In this document: piece by piece, positions 53,184-64,000 of the stretch
How the letters are laid out: each line of letters opens with the position of its first letter
How positions within the stretch are numbered: position 1 is the stretch's first letter
Source of the DNA: Neoconidiobolus thromboides FSU 785
Lineage: Eukaryota; Fungi; Entomophthoromycota
Assembly: GCA_025603075.1 (NCBI GenBank)
Contig: MU626305.1
Coordinates: forward strand, 58,211 to 122,210
DNA: 64,000 bases
Direction: 5' to 3'
Made by a program: the position numbers and the translations under genes
Notes under the pieces: model-generated
Seen by the model: only the letters and a program-made list of their open reading frames with translations
What the model was told of the DNA's origin: nothing
Databases searched by the model: none

Positions 53184-54536
53184 TGTATTTGGTTATATCT
53201 AATATATTCATATTAACAATTAGAATTAGAAAGTTGTATTATATTTTATAAAATAAAAAAGAAATAATACCCTGATAACTCTGTTGCCTGTTTGAGCTAG
53301 TTTTGATTTGACTTTTTATTGAAAGGGATAAAAAGCAATAAAGAGCTTTGTTACTATTTATATGTTTATTGTAGCCCATTTGATTAATTTCAAGTTATTT
53401 GTTTATTTTTATTTCCATATTGTTTTTAATAAAATAGTTTCATAGAACATCTTTTTATTCAAAATTCCTTTGTGTTAACCATAATAGATTAAATTACATG
53501 TTTATCCTATTTTAGGGATGTTAAAAATTAGCAATTTTATTCTGAAGTCTATAAAAAGTAAGTACACTTTTCGTAAAGCTGTACCTTAGAAAATCAAAAA
53601 AGTAATAATTTGGCAAAATTAAAAGATTTTTGTCAGTAAACCAAGAAAAATATAATATTCTGATGGAGATGTTCCATTTTTTAATACTCATATTAATAAA
53701 TATCTTTCAGTATTCGTATTGCTAAATACGTTTTAATGGTCATATTGCAAAACCTCTTCAATCCTTATACTTCAGCATGGGTTACCATTATCGGATATAG
53801 GCTATTTATCCTATATATACAAAAAAAAATTATAATAATAAGTTGCCATATACACACCTCACTAATCTAAGACTATAAAAAAACCATGAAAAATAGGTAC
53901 GAAATTCACTTATATCTTTATATGGAAACTTAAAGACAAAACTATCCGAATGATGAATTATTATTTTCTCCATAGGCATTTTGGAATTATTAGGCTGAAA
54001 AGATTTTTCAAAATTTAAAATCTTTTATTTGACAGTATGTACAAGAAAAATAATGGAACCAAAATTGCGCTCATGGCTGTAAACTAAAATGGATAAACTT
54101 TCCGCTAAAAGCAATATTGCCTCTGAGCGTTAACCATAAAATAAGGTTTATAAATCTTCCTTTGCACCCGATGTAGATATTCAGGCTTTTATTTTAATAG
54201 TGGTTCTTTTCATGTTCCTTATACATAACATGCTTTTAAAGATCATAATCAGCTTGTTTGTTATAATCGTTTTTATATTTAATCATTAGAGTTTTCTATT
54301 AAACAAGTAAGCTGTTCCTCGGTATATATTAGGTAATAGCTTTTGGATCGTTCGATACTACTATATGCGAAACTTTGTAGTCACAAGAATAAACAAGATT
54401 TTGATATTCTTTGTTTGAATTTAAATCGAGTATTTGTTATCTTCTATCAAGGTACTAGAAACTTTAGTTAATAAATATTTTTATGAAGATAACCTTAAAT
54501 ATGGTGTGAAAAAAATTGATCAAGGACATACAATAT

Positions 54537-54628
54537 GGGGGTGTATTTTAAAAATTCTACTAATAATCTTTCCGCTCAAATAGCACTTGAAAATTGCAGA
54601 AAGTGATAAAGCCCAAAAAAACATCACC
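54537..54628 (+). mobile_element. Degenerate MITE copy
   Basis: ATAT|GGGGGTG...CATCACC|ATAT. Confidence 0.85.
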
Positions 54629-55854
54629 ATATAATAACCAAAAATGCACATAGGTTTTCTTATTTATAGTGAAATGCAAATATCAAGTAACATTATTTCA
54701 CAAGAATTAAATGCTGCATTCTTTGGTATAACATAACAAATCATTTGAATAATTGTCTAATAAGTTTGATAATTTATAAATTCAAAAATCCCAAAGGAAA
54801 GCATTTCATTAATAACTTTGGAGATATAAAAGCCACCACCATGATAATAGTTTGACTTTAAAGCACATAGCAAAAACATATTAAAGTATAAAAAATCATA
54901 TGCTTGACATATATCATTTGTATTAAGTCTTTAAATCAACAAAAATAGAAATTTATTTATAAGCATGGTGGAAAATGGAAGTAAAACTATTTCAAAGCTT
55001 CATCCCTTACTATTCTAATCTAAAAATAAACAAAACAAAACAGTTATTTAAATCCTCAGCCAAAAATATTCAAAGCTGTATAATCTGGATTAATGTTGTA
55101 TATTAAATTGGCTAAATAGATTACTAATCAAACTTTGAGTTACTGTTTGCCTTTAACGAGTTGATTGATATCAAATAACTATTATTTTATAATCTCTTTA
55201 TTGATTTGGCTATATAGTCAATAATTCTATTGGCCATTTTGTAGAATAAAAATAGGAATTTCTTTATATTCTAGTAAAAGCAATGTAACTCCTGGCTAAT
55301 GAAATATGCTAAAGATGAAAAAAAATAGACAAATAACTTGGAACTTTAGGACTAGTTCGTTGTTTTAGTAAAAATTATTGAGAACATATATCATCCATAT
55401 GAATTTGAAAAAAATAAATTGATTTACTATAAATATATAAACAATTGAAATTTGTTAAAATTCTCACAGTATTGTTATAACTTGACCAAAGCTAAACAAA
55501 TAAAACAAAGCTTCCTAAAACCACAACGCTTTTTACTAAGTTCATTGTAAAATTGATCCTGGCATTTGGTTGGGTAGATTTAATTTTAAAATATATTTCG
55601 GTTAAAGTACAAATAGAAGCAAATGCTAACATATCAAAGTTAGGGTAGGAGTATTAAAGCTAGGGTTAAAGTTAGAGTTAAAATTAATCTTGTTTTAAAA
55701 ATGCAATAAAAGATTACTTAATATATTTACACTTTATATTGTTTTTTGAGTATTTAACAGAAGTTACTTTTTATACTTTTAGTCTTAAAATAGTTTGTTT
55801 TTATATTATCTATAACTAATTTATTTTGTTACAAAAAGACCATTAATAAAATTT

Positions 55855-55953
55855 TATAAATTTAAATATATATATGAGAATGTCCAAATTGGTTTCAGAA
55901 TTTAATCAAAAATTAACCCAACTTTTAAATTTTTAAATTTGTAAGTCTTTAAT
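55855..55953. repeat. Left arm of a diverged inverted-repeat pair bracketing the transposase locus
   Basis: TATATGAG...AATTGGTTTCAGAATTTA...AAATTTGTAAGTCTTTAAT is the diverged reverse complement of 59642-59737. Confidence 0.7.
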
Positions 55954-55957
55954 ATAT

Positions 55958-56052
55958 GGGGATGTATTTTTGTGTTTAAGAATTCTACTAACAATCTTTC
56001 CACTCAAATAGCATTTAAAAGATACAAAAAGTGATGAAGTGAAAACACTCTC
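55958..56052 (+). mobile_element. MITE copy, first half of an inverted dimer
   Basis: ATAT|GGGGATG...CACTCTC|ATAT. Confidence 0.9.
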
Positions 56053-56056
56053 ATAT

Positions 56057-56155
56057 GGAGATGTTTTTTTGGTTTTATTATTTTTTTTCGATTTTTTAAG
56101 TACTATTTTAACAGGAAGATTGTTGATAAAATTATTAAATAAAAAATACATCCTC
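56057..56155 (-). mobile_element. Degenerate MITE copy (reverse), second half of the dimer
   Basis: ATAT|GGAGATG...TACATCCTC|ATAT; shares the central ATAT with the previous copy. Confidence 0.85.
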
Positions 56156-56211
56156 ATATGTAAATAATAAAAAGTTAAATTCATTAAAAATAGCTTTGGT
56201 TTTATTATTAG

Positions 56212-56676
56212 TGCGAAATCTGGTACTCACTGATTAGAGTCAATAACTACTATTGCTTGGTTGACTAGCTGTAAGTTGAAAGGTCTTGGTTTATGTGACT
56301 AAGATGAACTTGAACTATGAAAAATAGTACGTAATATGTTACAGATTATGCAAGACAAATAGAGTGAACAATACTATTGTAAAAGCTACGTAAAATACTA
56401 TCAGGAGAATTTAGTGGCTTTGTTAAAGATAGCGGTACTAGGAAATAATCCAGTCAAAAAGCCTCGAGTTACTATGTTCTAGAATCTCTTTTGTACTCTG
56501 AAAAGTACGAATATCAAAACGAGAAGATAACATCCTTCGGAATTACATGGCAGAAATTTCCATAGCAAACTAAAATAAAAGGCTCGGGATTGGTTGTGTC
56601 TGGACTCGAGAACACAATAACTTAAATAGTTGTTGTGTTATAATTAATCATAAAGCCAACAAAACGATATTTCACA
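56212..56676. mobile_element. Solo-LTR-like repeat, copy 3 (465 bp), no matching TSD
   Basis: TGCGAAATC...GATATTTCACA, colinear with copies 1 and 2; flanks TTAG and GTAT differ. Confidence 0.8.
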
Positions 56677-57101
56677 GTATTTGTGTTCTATTAAATATAA
56701 TAATAAATCATGCTATTATCCAGTATCTGATAAATCAAAAGAAGTTCCATAATTACAATTAGGGTTATAGAGTCTATAAAAAATAGAAAATAGAAAATAG
56801 AAAAATAAAAGATCAACCTCAGCTTATCTTGCGAAAATAGCTGGATTTAAAATTGTCGATATTTATTAAGCAAGTAGTTTGTTGAGTGATAGAAATCAAT
56901 TATTAAACGTTGATACTATTTAAACTATTGATATCTAAGTTGATAGATAGTTAAAAAGCAAGTAGTTGTGATACCAATTAAAGATTATTATATTATATAT
57001 ATTATATAAAGATAGTTATAGTTTTGGGGCTAACCGTTCCCTCCCATGCAGTTATTTATTAACTTAGTAGTATATTGGTAATGTAATTATAATATTAGAA
57101 T
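56677..57101. repeat. Left arm of a ~425-bp inverted repeat (perfect core 56764-57069)
   Basis: Reverse complement of 57544-57969; the 306-bp core showed no mismatch when compared by eye. Confidence 0.95.
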
Positions 57102-57190
57102 TATTTCTTTGTTTCTTTATTTCTTTGTTCCTTTATTTCTATTCCTTTGTTCCTTTATTTCTATTTCTTTATTCTTTTGTTTCTTTATTT
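57101..57190. repeat. Degenerate pyrimidine-rich short tandem repeat (TTTCTTTRT-like) in the IR spacer
   Basis: Read directly from the sequence. Confidence 0.7.
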
Positions 57191-57543
57191 GATAGCAAAT
57201 CTACAATATTCGTTATAGAACAGTTAATGATAAATATTTTTTAAAGTTTTATAAAAAAAATGTGTTTTTTGATTATGTAGGAATGTCTGAATTAGTTTCA
57301 TTATCTTGTCCAATTTTTAAATATTTTGTTGAAACTTCGCTTAGAATTCTATAAAAACAATTTTTATTTATTAAAAAGTAAAAGTACCCAGATACAATTT
57401 TAAATTATTCTATTATAGTTTATATTGTAAGTTAGCTGAATTTCTACTAAATCTTAAATATATATTCTCATAAAATTTTATTGAGAAATATTTATTATTG
57501 ACTGCTCTATAACCAACATTTGAGATTTTCTATCAAATAAACC

Positions 57544-57969
57544 ATTTTAATGTTCTAATTACATTACTAATATATTACTAAGTTAATAAATAACTGCATG
57601 GGAGGGAACGGTTAGCCCCAAAACTATAACTATCTTTATATAATATATATAATATAATAATCTTTAATTGGTATCACAACTACTTGCTTTTTAACTATCT
57701 ATCAACTTAGATATCAATAGTTTAAATAGTATCAACGTTTAATAATTGATTTCTATCACTCAACAAACTACTTGCTTAATAAATATCGACAATTTTAAAT
57801 CCAGCTATTTTCGCAAGATAAGCTGAGGTTGATCTTTTATTTTTCTATTTTCTATTTTCTATTTTTTATAGACTCTATAACTCTAATTGCAACTATGTTG
57901 CTTTTTATTTATTTACCAGATACTGGATAATAATGTAGTCTATTGTTATGTTTAATAAAATGCAAATAC
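57544..57969. repeat. Right arm of the ~425-bp inverted repeat (perfect core 57576-57881)
   Basis: Reverse complement of 56677-57101. Confidence 0.95.
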
Positions 57970-58032
57970 CTTTTAATGCCTTGTATCTCTGTTATTTTTT
58001 TCGTGTTTTTGTTTCTTGATACTTTTTAAAAA

Positions 58033-59433
58033 TTATATCTGTTTTCCCATTATTAACAGTCGAGTTATTAATTTTATTATGTTCGCAAATAAAAGCCCTA
58101 AATCTTGAATCAATTGATCGATATCTTCTATTTTACTTAATGCTTCAAAGCTACTTTTGCATTTTGAAAGATTTCCAGAATGTCCATCAACCATACTTTT
58201 TCCATGATGCTCAGCAAAAAAATTAAGATTAATATTTAAACTATTATTTATTTTAGGAATTTCTTTAAATATATAATGCAGGAACTCTCGGGATTTAAAA
58301 TGATTTCCTGTATCTGCCCATATATTAATTTTTGTAAGCTTTTTAAATAAAAGCTCTGTAGAGATTAGATCAATTAAACAATCTCCTGTATATGCTGAAT
58401 CATGGTTTAGTACTTCAGATAAACAATCAAAATAAACTTTGCCTATTGTTTTGTCATCTTTTAAATATAGACTACCAAAACCTAACATTGATATAGCTTG
58501 TTTATTATAATGATATAGATTTATTGAATCTGGTCTTGCTCCTATTTCCATATTTCGTTTAAAGTCTAAAATTATTATACAACTTTTATTATTCGATTTT
58601 TTAATAGTTTCATCAAATATATTTTGAGTATCAACACAGAATTTATATAATTTGTATAAATTTTCTTTTTCATTGAAAATTTCTTATATTTCTGCTTTGT
58701 TTTTTATTGCTGCATTTATTTTATTTTCAAATAACTTTTTTCTAACTGTATATTGGGCACAATATCACATAGATCCGTTTTTCTTGCTGGATTTTTGAAA
58801 CTACTCGGTCTATATTTTAAAAACGTTGACCTAGCTACTGCTTCATCTTTTAAATCATTGAAATATTTACTATATATTATTCTTACACTTTTATTTAATA
58901 TATATCATCTGATGAATACTTGCTTTTATTTTTATTTTTATTTTTATTAAATCTTGATGAAATAGTTGAACCATTTAGTAAATATTGTATGATAGTTTCA
59001 ATTTTTTCATCTTTGGTCTTTTTATATTTTTAATGATATGTTGTAATGTTGATATTTTATTATTATTATTACTTATTTTTGAATAATCATATTGATTTCT
59101 ATTTATATTAAACCCAAAACTTTTATATTCATCAAAAGAGTATACTGAAGCTATAGTTGATAATAACACTACTTGTTGACTTTTATTTCCTATTTCCCTT
59201 AAAGCACTAATTTTATACATTGCTTGATTAAGTTTATTATCATCGATAGTAAACTTTGATAATATATCTTTTCTTTGTTTCGTTTTATTATAAAATTCCA
59301 TAAACCCTGAGTTGTTGTAAATAGCTCTTGGAATTGATGTAAATGAATTACAATGTTTGTATTGTGTACTTCTCCCTATTGTATTAGAATTTTGAAAAAT
59401 TCCATTTCGAAGTTTAGTTATGAAAGTTTGCAT
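58033..59433 (-). pseudogene. Decayed DNA transposase, Sola-like DDD type
   Basis: Fragments in several frames with stops: ORF 58975-59433; STFLKYRPSSFKNPARKTDLCDI (~58760-58850); ORF 58033-58551 with INIWADTGNHFKS and NFFAEHHGKSMVDGH. These resemble Sola (Sola2-like) catalytic motifs; the superfamily call is from memory. Confidence 0.72.
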
Positions 59434-59641
59434 TTTATTCTTATTTCAACAAAAAACAAAGTCAAATAACTGTATTCATATAATCATATAATCATATATT
59501 ATATATCTATTAAATATCTAACAGAAATAACATAAAACATATAGTTAGAAAAATTAACTATTTAAGAAAAGGAAGCAATTGAAGTAAGTTTTTAAGTCAA
59601 ATAAAGAGATTTAGTTTAAGCTTTTTAGATTTAATCGTCAC

Positions 59642-59737
59642 ATTAAAGACACAAATTTAAACTCAAAATTTGGATTAATTTCTAAGTAAATTCTGAAACC
59701 AATTCAGATAACCTCATATACTATTTTAAATTTTATA
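59642..59737. repeat. Right arm of the diverged inverted-repeat pair bracketing the transposase locus
   Basis: ATTAAAGACACAAATTT...TTCTGAAACCAATTCAGATAACCTCATATA is the diverged reverse complement of 55855-55953. Confidence 0.7.
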
Positions 59738-59909
59738 GATTGAAGCTTTATAAGTATTTTAAATAAAACTAGTTATTAAACTACAAAAAATTCAAAATTA
59801 GTAAATGCAAAAAAGGTTTTAAAACAAACTTTAAATAATAATAAACTTGATAACATTTTAATTTATTTTTATATTTTATTTAACTTTTTGTAAAAGAATA
59901 TAACTATAT

Positions 59910-60007
59910 GGGGATGTTTTTTTGGCTTCATTACTTTTTCCATTTTTTAAGCGCTATTTGAGTGGAAAAATTGTTAATAAAGTTGTTAAACATAAAAATA
60001 CATCCCC
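59910..60007 (-). mobile_element. MITE copy (reverse)
   Basis: ATAT|GGGGATG...TACATCCCC|ATAT. Confidence 0.93.
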
Positions 60008-60134
60008 ATATAAATTTCGATATTTAAACTTAGATATAAATTTGTATTTTTATATATTTATTTGTAATACTATAACTTCAGTTATAGTTAATAACTTTGA
60101 TCATAAAATGATAGTATTTAAAAATATTATTAAA

Positions 60135-60171
60135 TTATTAGTGAAATTCTTAAACACAAAAGTACATCCCC
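60135..60171 (-). mobile_element. Partial MITE (left arm only, reverse)
   Basis: TTAGTGAAATTCTTAAACACAAAAGTACATCCCC. Confidence 0.8.
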
Positions 60172-61795
60172 AAATAATAGTTTTTTCTGATTTAATTTAA
60201 TTTAATTTATGTAATAGTAAATTAAATATAAGTAGTATAAAACTAATACATATTTTTTTACTTAAAAGACATATGTATTTTGCTGATTTGTCTATTTTTT
60301 ATTAATTAAATCTAATTAATACTTTAACTCTTCAAGTACTAAGTATCTTAAAAAATTATAGTTGATTATTAGATGGTTTACCTGCTTAGGGTTGATTCAA
60401 GAAGCATTGCTCATTATGGTTCTCTTAAAGTCATATGCAAGTTATGTTCACTAAATTTTTCTAAAGCAAAATTATGACAAACATTACTTGTCTATGGTGC
60501 TTAAATAGTTAATTTGATTATAAAACTTAATAGAATTTCTGCAAAAAATCAAAACAAGATTAAATTTAGGTTCAAACTAACTCACTCATATTAAAGTATT
60601 TTAATGTATTTAATGTAATTTTATATTCAAATTTAGGTCACTATGTTCTAAAACAAGTTTAAACCTTATATGTTGTTCTAGATACTTAAAAGTGAGAATA
60701 TTTAATTAAATAGTGTTCTAGACTTCAAAGTTATGATTTTAAATAAAATTTTAATATTTTATATTACACAATTTTTATACATAATGGCTTTTTATAAAAA
60801 GAGGTGGCTATAATAATAGATCGGCTACTTAAATACTTACTTAAATACTTACTTAAATATCTACCTTGATAAATGTTTAAAGCAATATAAGTTTTCATAA
60901 ATATTGCTTACAAAATATAAATGACATAAGGATTGGTAGCGGATATTTAGTTGTAAGAATACGGTGTGACTAAAATATCTTGATTGACTTATTCACTTTT
61001 TGGCCCTAATATAAAGAAAATACGTAATAAATATTGATGGTTACTTTATAAATAAAATACTATTAAGCAGAAATGGCAACTAATAAAGAAGTGATAAATT
61101 AAAGTTTATCGGTTTTAACTTATAAACCAATAACAAAGCAACTTTATGTTGTTAACATGATGTTATTATAGCATATAATAACTATTGTTTATGGATGTAG
61201 TATGTATTTGTTTTTAGTTCGAATTTTAGTTTTACCCCTTAAAATTAAATCTAAAACTTGCTATTTTTGGGTTTAAGCAAACAGCAATTTAAATCCAGTT
61301 TATTATTAAAAATTTAAATTAGTAATTAAATATATCACAGCTATTGATATCCCGAAGTTCTTATTAAATTCATATACCTCGGGTAAACAAATCTAATTCA
61401 ATTACATTTTAATATTTTAAACCTACACAAAGTCATTTCAAGGATATTAGCCAATTAGCCTAATATTAGCTGTTACATTATAGTATAAAGGCTTAAATTA
61501 CATTATAAATTTAACAATATAGCCTCATCCATTTTTCCAAATTAAATCAATCTTCCCATCAGTATATAAGCTGATGCATTTTCATATTAAATAAATTATA
61601 TCATATTTCAATTCTATCTAATTTTATACTCTTCTTATCAACTCGGAACTTAAATATTGATGTTTTCAGGTGGAATACCTGGTGATTTGACAATATTAAA
61701 AATTAGTATACAAAATAAAAACCAAAATTGTTAGTTTTTTTAAAATTCTTACCATTAAATTATAAAAACATTACATATAGAGTGCTTTCAAAAAG

Positions 61796-61804
61796 TATAA
61801 AAAG
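61796..61804 (+). promoter_or_regulatory. Putative TATA box of P450 no.5 (TATAAAAAG)
   Basis: Positionally conserved among the paralogs. Confidence 0.55.
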
Positions 61805-61833
61805 AAACCAAATAAAAGTTAAAATGAAAAAAA

Positions 61834-63763
61834 ATGTTTACTATAATCTCAGTATTAAGCTGTAGTTTGATATTATTTTTATTTTATTATGTTTATAAGG
61901 TATTGTTTTCAATTTTATTTCATTGACTCTAATATAGTTTATAAAGGTGATATACAATTTATACATCAATCCTTTAAAAGAAGTCCCTGGCCCGCTAATA
62001 AATATAATACTCCCATTTATAGACAGCATTTATTTAATAAGCGGTACGTTTCCTACTTACTGTCTAGACATGCATAAAAAATATGGAAACGCTGTAAGGT
62101 TAGGTAAGGAAATAAAGTTAAAATAGCATAATATGCTAATATTACTATAAACTAGGTTGGAATAAAGTTTCATTCGCATCGGAATCAGCATCTAATGAAA
62201 TATATTCAACTTATAGTTATCAAAAAGATGAGAGTTATGACGTTTATCTTATATTTGGAGAAAGCATTTTCAGTACACGGTAAGTAACAATAAAATCCCA
62301 GAATACAAGTATTAACGATATTATTAGAAGGAAAGATTTTCATCGTCAAAGAGTAATTTTTAAATAGTTGAAAGAGTAACTAATAAAATATAGAAAAGAA
62401 TACTCGCTCCTTGTTTTTCGGAAAAAGCAATAGAAAGTGTAGAATATCTTGTTAAGAAGAATGTGGATATGCTTATAAACAAAGTTAATGAGTTTGCAAC
62501 TCAAAACAAAAAATTGGACCTTGCACTTTATTTTCACTATATTGCTTTTGTAACCCATTTGAAATGTAATATAAGCTATGCTAATATATATAATAGGATG
62601 TGATTGGAGATTTGGTATTTGGAAACTCGTTTGATATGTTAAAAAATGGGTACCATCCAATAATAAAGTGGATAGGGGATATAGGTACAATAAGCACTTT
62701 GGTATTATAGTAGTTTCTATTTAAATGTGATACTTATAAAGTAATAGGTATTCATGTTTCCTTTTTTGATGCATTACCAATTCAGTGGAGTTAAAAATCT
62801 ATACAACGTATCGTATAATAATTATGCTTTAAACATTATTTAATTAAAATTTAGTTTTCTTACGAAGCAATTAAGAACGCCAAAAGCAACCTCGACAGAG
62901 CTACTATTTTAAATACTTTAATCAAGGCAGAGGATCCAAGTGATGGGAAAAAACTAAATGAGAAAGAGATTGCCGAAGAATTGATTGTACAACTGTAAGC
63001 ATATATACTATATTTATTTATAAAAATAAACTGGGTTTATAGTAGCGCAGGAACAGATACTACTTCATGTTCTCTTGCATGGTAACCAAAAGTTATTATT
63101 AACCTTTAAACATTATTTAATACAAGTAGGATATTTTATTTATTGTCAAGTCAACCAGATAGATATGAGAAAGTTAGGGAAGAAATTTGTACAGTATTCC
63201 CTGATAAAGATTTAATTACTTACAATAAATGTAAATCTGAATGTCATTACCTTAATGCAGTGATTCACGAAGGATTAAGAATGATACCAGTAGTTGGTGG
63301 CAATGCACCAAGATTAGTACCTAAAGGAGGGAGAGTAATAGATGGTTATTTCATACCAGAAGGGGTAATTAAACAACATTTTAAAATCAAAATTATAATT
63401 GTTTTTAGGTAGTTGTTGGTGTAAGCATGAATTCTATACATAATTTGCCATCGAATTGGAAGGATCCAAGCCATTTTAACGCCAAAAGATGGCTAAAAAA
63501 TGGAAAATTCCAAAGTAATCCAAATTTTATGCCATTTTTATTAGGACCCAGAGGATGTGTTGGTAGGACGTAAGTTTAATTAGAAATGTTGTAAGTAGTA
63601 CCTAATTTTTATTAGTTTGGCTTGGATGGAATTATATTTAGTTACTGCAAATTTAGTACGAAATTTTACTTTTGAAAGAGAAAATGAAAAAGTAATTCGC
63701 TATAAGAATTTCATTACTACACAGCCTATTGAACCTATCAATGTTTACGTTACAAAAAATTAA
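61834..63763 (+). CDS. Cytochrome P450 paralog 5 (most divergent), 12 exons
   Basis: Exons splice in frame by hand with the same intron positions; KEVPGP, AGTDTT, IHEGLR, FNAKRW, FMPFLLGPRGCVGR. Confidence 0.92.
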
Positions 63764-64000
63764 ATTACAACTAAATTTGCTAATCTGCTTGAACATGCGT
63801 TTCAAATATTAAACTGTAAACTGCTTAGTAAATAAATATTTTAGAATGTGATTATTTATCCTTAGAATTTTATTAAGTATAAAAATGAGATAAAAAAACT
63901 ATCTTTTGAAATAACATAACAAATATTTTACAAATTGAAAAAATGTTGAAGTACATATAATACTATATTATTAGAGTTAAATTAATGATTTAGCCTATAT

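Noticed and set aside
60824-60862. 12-bp tandem repeat (TACTTAAATACT-like) x3
   Set aside because: Short AT-rich slippage repeat with no further structure.

Overview
Very AT-rich, intron-dense fungal genomic DNA with short (~45-60 nt) GT-AG introns. It is probably from an early-diverging fungus; an Entomophthorales/Conidiobolus-like origin is my inference only. Housekeeping genes in order: BRO1 (runs off the left edge), RFC5, AHA1, mitochondrial uL29m, an Scm3-domain gene, an MFS/MCT transporter, an ankyrin protein, an L-type lectin, transportin/KAP104, PGI1, RIC8, a probable Integrator subunit INTS10 homolog, and PPIL4. Five apparently intact paralogous cytochrome P450 genes with 12 exons each are interleaved, four of them around an intronless Zn2Cys6 transcription factor. 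The intergenic DNA holds about 20 copies of a ~100-bp MITE (GGGGATG...CATCCCC termini, 4-bp TSDs, mostly ATAT), including nested, dimeric and fully palindromic copies. It also holds three ~465-bp TG...CA solo-LTR-like repeats and, at 55.8-60.2 kb, a nested transposon locus. That locus contains a decayed Sola-like DDD transposase next to a ~425-bp inverted repeat with a 306-bp perfect core. Best leads: the Sola2-type MITE/transposase system, the long foldback, the fungal INTS10 homolog, the 6-nt AHA1 micro-exon inside the NNWHW motif, and a 289-bp gene-conversion tract between two P450s. All annotation was by eye; no searches were run.
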